DNA of 25,282 nucleotides, taken from positions 1 through 25,282 of IMG/VR virus record IMGVR_UViG_3300005805_000449. The stretch is one strand, 5' to 3'. Position 1 is the first letter of the stretch; each line of letters begins with the position of its first letter. This document shows, piece by piece, positions 22,186-25,282 of this stretch. A model generated the notes under the pieces. It saw only the letters and a program-made list of their open reading frames with translations. It was not told the DNA's origin and ran no database searches. The translations under genes were made by a program, and so were the position numbers. The DNA is from a virus (Duplodnaviria > Caudoviricetes).

Positions 22186-24273
22186 GTGGCCGTAGCTGTC
22201 GTTGACGTACAAGTAAATAGTCGTGGCGCGGTTGATCAGCTTCGCAATATCAACAATGCTTCAAAACAGGCACAGGCCGGCATTAGTGGCTTAACGGCTG
22301 CAGTTGGCAGGCTTGCGGCTGGGTTTTCTGCGATTCAAGCGGCGCGGTTCGTCTTCGCCAAAACGGCGGAAATAGAAAGTCAAACAAAGAGCCTGCAGGT
22401 ATTGACTGGCAGCGTGCAGCAGGCCAAGCAAATCATTCAGGAGTTGCAACAGCTTGGCGCCGTAACGCCATTTACTAGCACCGAACTAATTGACGCTGCA
22501 AAGCGGTTGCAGGCATTCGGCGTTGAGGCCAATGCAGTTGTTGAAACAACCCGCCGTCTAGCCGATGTTTCGGGTGCAACTGGCGCCGAACTGCAGGGGT
22601 TAGTCACCGCCTACGGTCAGGTGCAGGCCAAAGGACGCTTGCAGGGCGAAGAGCTGCTGCAATTCCAAGAGCGTGGCATCGCACTGCAAAAAGAACTGCA
22701 GCGCATGTACGGAATGAGTGGGGAAGAATTTAGGAAGGCGTTGGAGAAAGGAAGGTTTAGCGCCAAAGCTGTTGAGCAAGCCATTAAAAATTTGACAAGT
22801 GCTGGAGGTAAATATGCCGATGGTGCTGTTGCTCAATCAACAACGCTTCAAGGTAAATTCAGCACTTTGCAAGATGGCGTTGATGCCTTGGCGAGAGAAA
22901 TCGGCAATACCCTTGCGCCAGCATTAAAAATTGCGTTGGATGATTTAACTAACTTTGTAAACGGATTTGTTCAGGGCTTGCGATATATGCAGGCTCAATA
23001 CAGTGCGTTTTTGGCTAGTTTGCGTGGTAAAAATGCAGATGAATTGCAAGGGCAAATTGCAGGCATCAACAAATTTATTGCGGCGAACCAAGGCCAGCTA
23101 AATAAAATCCGCCCCGGCAGCCTTGCCGAAAAGCAAGTGCAAGCAAAATTGGTTGAATTGAGAAAACTCCGTGGCAGCCTGCAAAAAGATTTAGACAAAA
23201 CACTTGGCCTTGTTGCTCCGCAGGGCAGATCAACCCTTTTACCTACCACTCGTCCCGCTACAGGTGCACCGCCGGCATTGCTTGGCGAAACTGGAGGGGG
23301 TCAAGGTTCGTCGAAAGCCGCAAATGCTGCGAAACGATTGGCGGAAGAATTAAGACGGTCGGTTGAACAAGGCGACAATATGGGCCGTGAGCTTAGTCGT
23401 CAAATCTTGCTTCTAAACAACATTACCGACCAAGAGGAAGAACGCTATCGAATACAGTTTGAGTACGAAGATCGCCTCCGTGAAATTAACGAGCTAAAAA
23501 ATAAAGAGCAGCAGGTAAATCTAAGGGCCTTAAATGAGGAGATTAGGCGGCTTGAGCTTCAAAAATTAGCCACCGAAGAACTTAAAAAGCAAAACGAAGA
23601 ATTTTACAAGCGTGCTGGCCTCGTCGCCCAGATTTACGGCGCTGGCGCTGGTGGATTCCGTACTGATATTGATCTGTTGGGACAGCAGCAGAAGGCATTG
23701 GACGAGGTGCTTAAGAAATACCCGCAGATTGGTGAGGCCGCTACCGCCGCCAGTCAACTTGCTACGCAGGGGACGATGGAAATGATTAACGGCACAAAGA
23801 CAGCGCAGCAAGCATTTGCCGACTTCCTTAACAGCATCGTTGATATTTTGATGAAGTCTGCGGCGCAGATGATTGCCCAATACATTGCCATTGGTGTTGC
23901 TCGCAGCTTTGCGGGCGTTGGCGGTCTATTCAGTGGTGCGGGCCCCGTTCAGTTTCCGGGCAGCACAAGTGTTGGCGTAAGTGGCTTTGGTTTACCCAAC
24001 CTGATGGCTCGTGCAGGCGGCGGCTCAGTGATGGCTGGCCAGCCTTATGTGGTTGGCGAAAATGGCCCCGAACTATTTATGCCCGGTCGTAGCGGTGGCA
24101 TTGCTCCTGCTGGTTCGTTTGGCGGTGGAAGCAATATTGTGGTGAACGTAGACGCGAATGGCTCTAACGTGCAGGGCGACGGCGCACAGGCCAACGCACT
24201 CGGTAAGGCCATTGGGATTGCCGTTCAGCAAGAATTGATTAAACAGAAGCGTCCCGGAGGCTTGCTCGCCTAA
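22186..24273 (+). CDS. Tape measure protein (695 aa)
   Basis: TPFTSTELIDAAKRLQAFG, YGQVQAKGRLQGEEL, ARAGGGSV..GQPYVVGENGPELFMP, RPGGLL terminus. Confidence 0.95.
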   Translation: MAVAVVDVQVNSRGAVDQLRNINNASKQAQAGISGLTAAVGRLAAGFSAIQAARFVFAKTAEIESQTKSLQVLTGSVQQAKQIIQELQQLGAVTPFTSTELIDAAKRLQAFGVEANAVVETTRRLADVSGATGAELQGLVTAYGQVQAKGRLQGEELLQFQERGIALQKELQRMYGMSGEEFRKALEKGRFSAKAVEQAIKNLTSAGGKYADGAVAQSTTLQGKFSTLQDGVDALAREIGNTLAPALKIALDDLTNFVNGFVQGLRYMQAQYSAFLASLRGKNADELQGQIAGINKFIAANQGQLNKIRPGSLAEKQVQAKLVELRKLRGSLQKDLDKTLGLVAPQGRSTLLPTTRPATGAPPALLGETGGGQGSSKAANAAKRLAEELRRSVEQGDNMGRELSRQILLLNNITDQEEERYRIQFEYEDRLREINELKNKEQQVNLRALNEEIRRLELQKLATEELKKQNEEFYKRAGLVAQIYGAGAGGFRTDIDLLGQQQKALDEVLKKYPQIGEAATAASQLATQGTMEMINGTKTAQQAFADFLNSIVDILMKSAAQMIAQYIAIGVARSFAGVGGLFSGAGPVQFPGSTSVGVSGFGLPNLMARAGGGSVMAGQPYVVGENGPELFMPGRSGGIAPAGSFGGGSNIVVNVDANGSNVQGDGAQANALGKAIGIAVQQELIKQKRPGGLLA

Positions 24274-24617
24274 TGGCTACTTTCCCCGCTATCACGGCCA
24301 CCTACGGCGCCACAAAGAACAATCAGCCTGTTGTTCGCACGGTGCAGTTTGGAGACGGTTACCAGCAACGCCTGACCTATGGCTTGAATCAAAATCCAAA
24401 GTCATGGGATCTGACGTGGCAGAACATTACTGAAACCAACGCTGACACCATCGAAACCTTCCTGAATAACCGCGCTGCTGATAACGCCAGCTTTGATTGG
24501 ACACCACCTGACGAGGCAACGTCTTACAAGTGGATTTGCCCGCAATGGAATAAAACCATCACGTACAACAACCGCGCCACTATTACAGCTACGTTCCAAC
24601 AAGTATTTGAACCCTGA
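24273..24617 (+). CDS. Distal tail protein, lambda gpM-like
   Basis: PVVRTVQFGDGYQQR..GLN, FDWTPP, ATFQQVFEP. Confidence 0.92.
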   Translation: MATFPAITATYGATKNNQPVVRTVQFGDGYQQRLTYGLNQNPKSWDLTWQNITETNADTIETFLNNRAADNASFDWTPPDEATSYKWICPQWNKTITYNNRATITATFQQVFEP

Positions 24618-25282
24618 TGGCGTACTCGGCTTGGGCTAGTTCAACTGCATACGTCGTTGGCGATATTGTCCGCGCTAGCAGCCTGCAGGCGTCCGGTCTT
24701 GTCTTCCAGTGCACCACGGCTGGCACCAGCTCCAGCACCCAACCCGCGTGGCCAACCGACATTGGCAGCACCATCACCGATGGCACGGTTGTCTGGACGG
24801 CGATTAGCAGCGTCTACGAGGAGCTGGCCGCACTGGCACCAAGCGCCATTATTGAACTGTTTGAGATGACGCTGGACACAACCCTGCACGGCAGCAGCGA
24901 CACCTACCGTTGGCACAATGGCTGCAATGCCAATATCAGTGGCAACATCGTCTGGAACGGCAATACTTACACCCGCCTACCTGTTAAGGCCGAGGGCTTT
25001 GAATACAGCAACACAGGCACCCTGCCGCGCCCCACGCTGACCATCAGCAATCTGGATGGCACCATGACCACGCTGCTATTGCTGGTCAACGCCACTACGC
25101 CCGGTAACGACCTCGGTGGCGCCACGGTTAAGCGGATCCGCACCCTGAAAAAATACCTTGACGGCGAGACCGCAGCAGATCCCCACGCCAAGTTCCCCGA
25201 CGAAATCTGGTACGTGGACCGCAAGGCAAGCGAAAACCGCGACTCAGTGAGCTTTGAGCTAGCAAGCAAATTCGACCTTGCT
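24617..25282 (+). CDS. Tail tip protein, lambda gpL-like, with extra N-terminal module; truncated by window end
   Basis: Read manually: MAYSAWASSTAYVVGD...APSAIIELFE...WNGNTYTRLPVKAEGFE...LPRPTLTISN...RIRTLKKYLD...YVDRKASENRDSVSFELASKFD. Confidence 0.92.
   Translation, partial: MAYSAWASSTAYVVGDIVRASSLQASGLVFQCTTAGTSSSTQPAWPTDIGSTITDGTVVWTAISSVYEELAALAPSAIIELFEMTLDTTLHGSSDTYRWHNGCNANISGNIVWNGNTYTRLPVKAEGFEYSNTGTLPRPTLTISNLDGTMTTLLLLVNATTPGNDLGGATVKRIRTLKKYLDGETAADPHAKFPDEIWYVDRKASENRDSVSFELASKFDLA

Larger units (their letters stand above)
1..25282. mobile_element. Tailed dsDNA phage genome segment (siphovirus, lambda-like tail tip); divergent early and late arms
   Basis: Canonical order terS-terL-portal-MuF-scaffold-capsid-neck-tail tube-chaperones-tape measure-gpM-gpL on +; replication/recombination genes on -; no sheath gene; no host genes. 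Confidence 0.97.

Noticed and set aside
1-25282. tRNA, integrase/att site, lysis genes, prohead protease, stop-codon recoding
   Set aside because: None recognised; core genes are intact in the standard code. Lifestyle cannot be decided from this window.

Overview
The whole window is a contiguous piece of a tailed dsDNA bacteriophage genome (siphovirus with a lambda-like tail tip). No host genes, integrase, tRNA, rRNA or CRISPR array are seen. Bases 1-8354 are a leftward early/DNA-metabolism arm: replication initiator with an internal AT-rich origin candidate, P63C-domain protein, PD-(D/E)XK nuclease, RusA, Sak3-like annealing protein, probable SSB, and several RHH/HTH proteins. Bases 8577-25282 are a rightward morphogenesis arm: TerS candidate, TerL, portal, MuF, scaffold, major capsid, neck, tail tube, frameshifted tail chaperones, tape measure, gpM-like and gpL-like proteins. 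Several small genes resemble those I recall from Synechococcus/Cyanobium siphoviruses, so a cyanobacterial host is an inference only. Most notable: (1) two tandem, diverged, intact tail-tube genes plus a second tandem paralog pair in the neck region, suggesting a hetero-oligomeric virion; (2) a palindromic GG(A/G)GTATACCCC operator candidate in three sigma70-type promoters, one driving a self-contained moron between terL and portal; (3) a shared stem-YTACG-stem hairpin before the scaffold and capsid genes; (4) a candidate three-way-junction RNA upstream of portal. All family assignments come from motif recognition by eye, not database searches.
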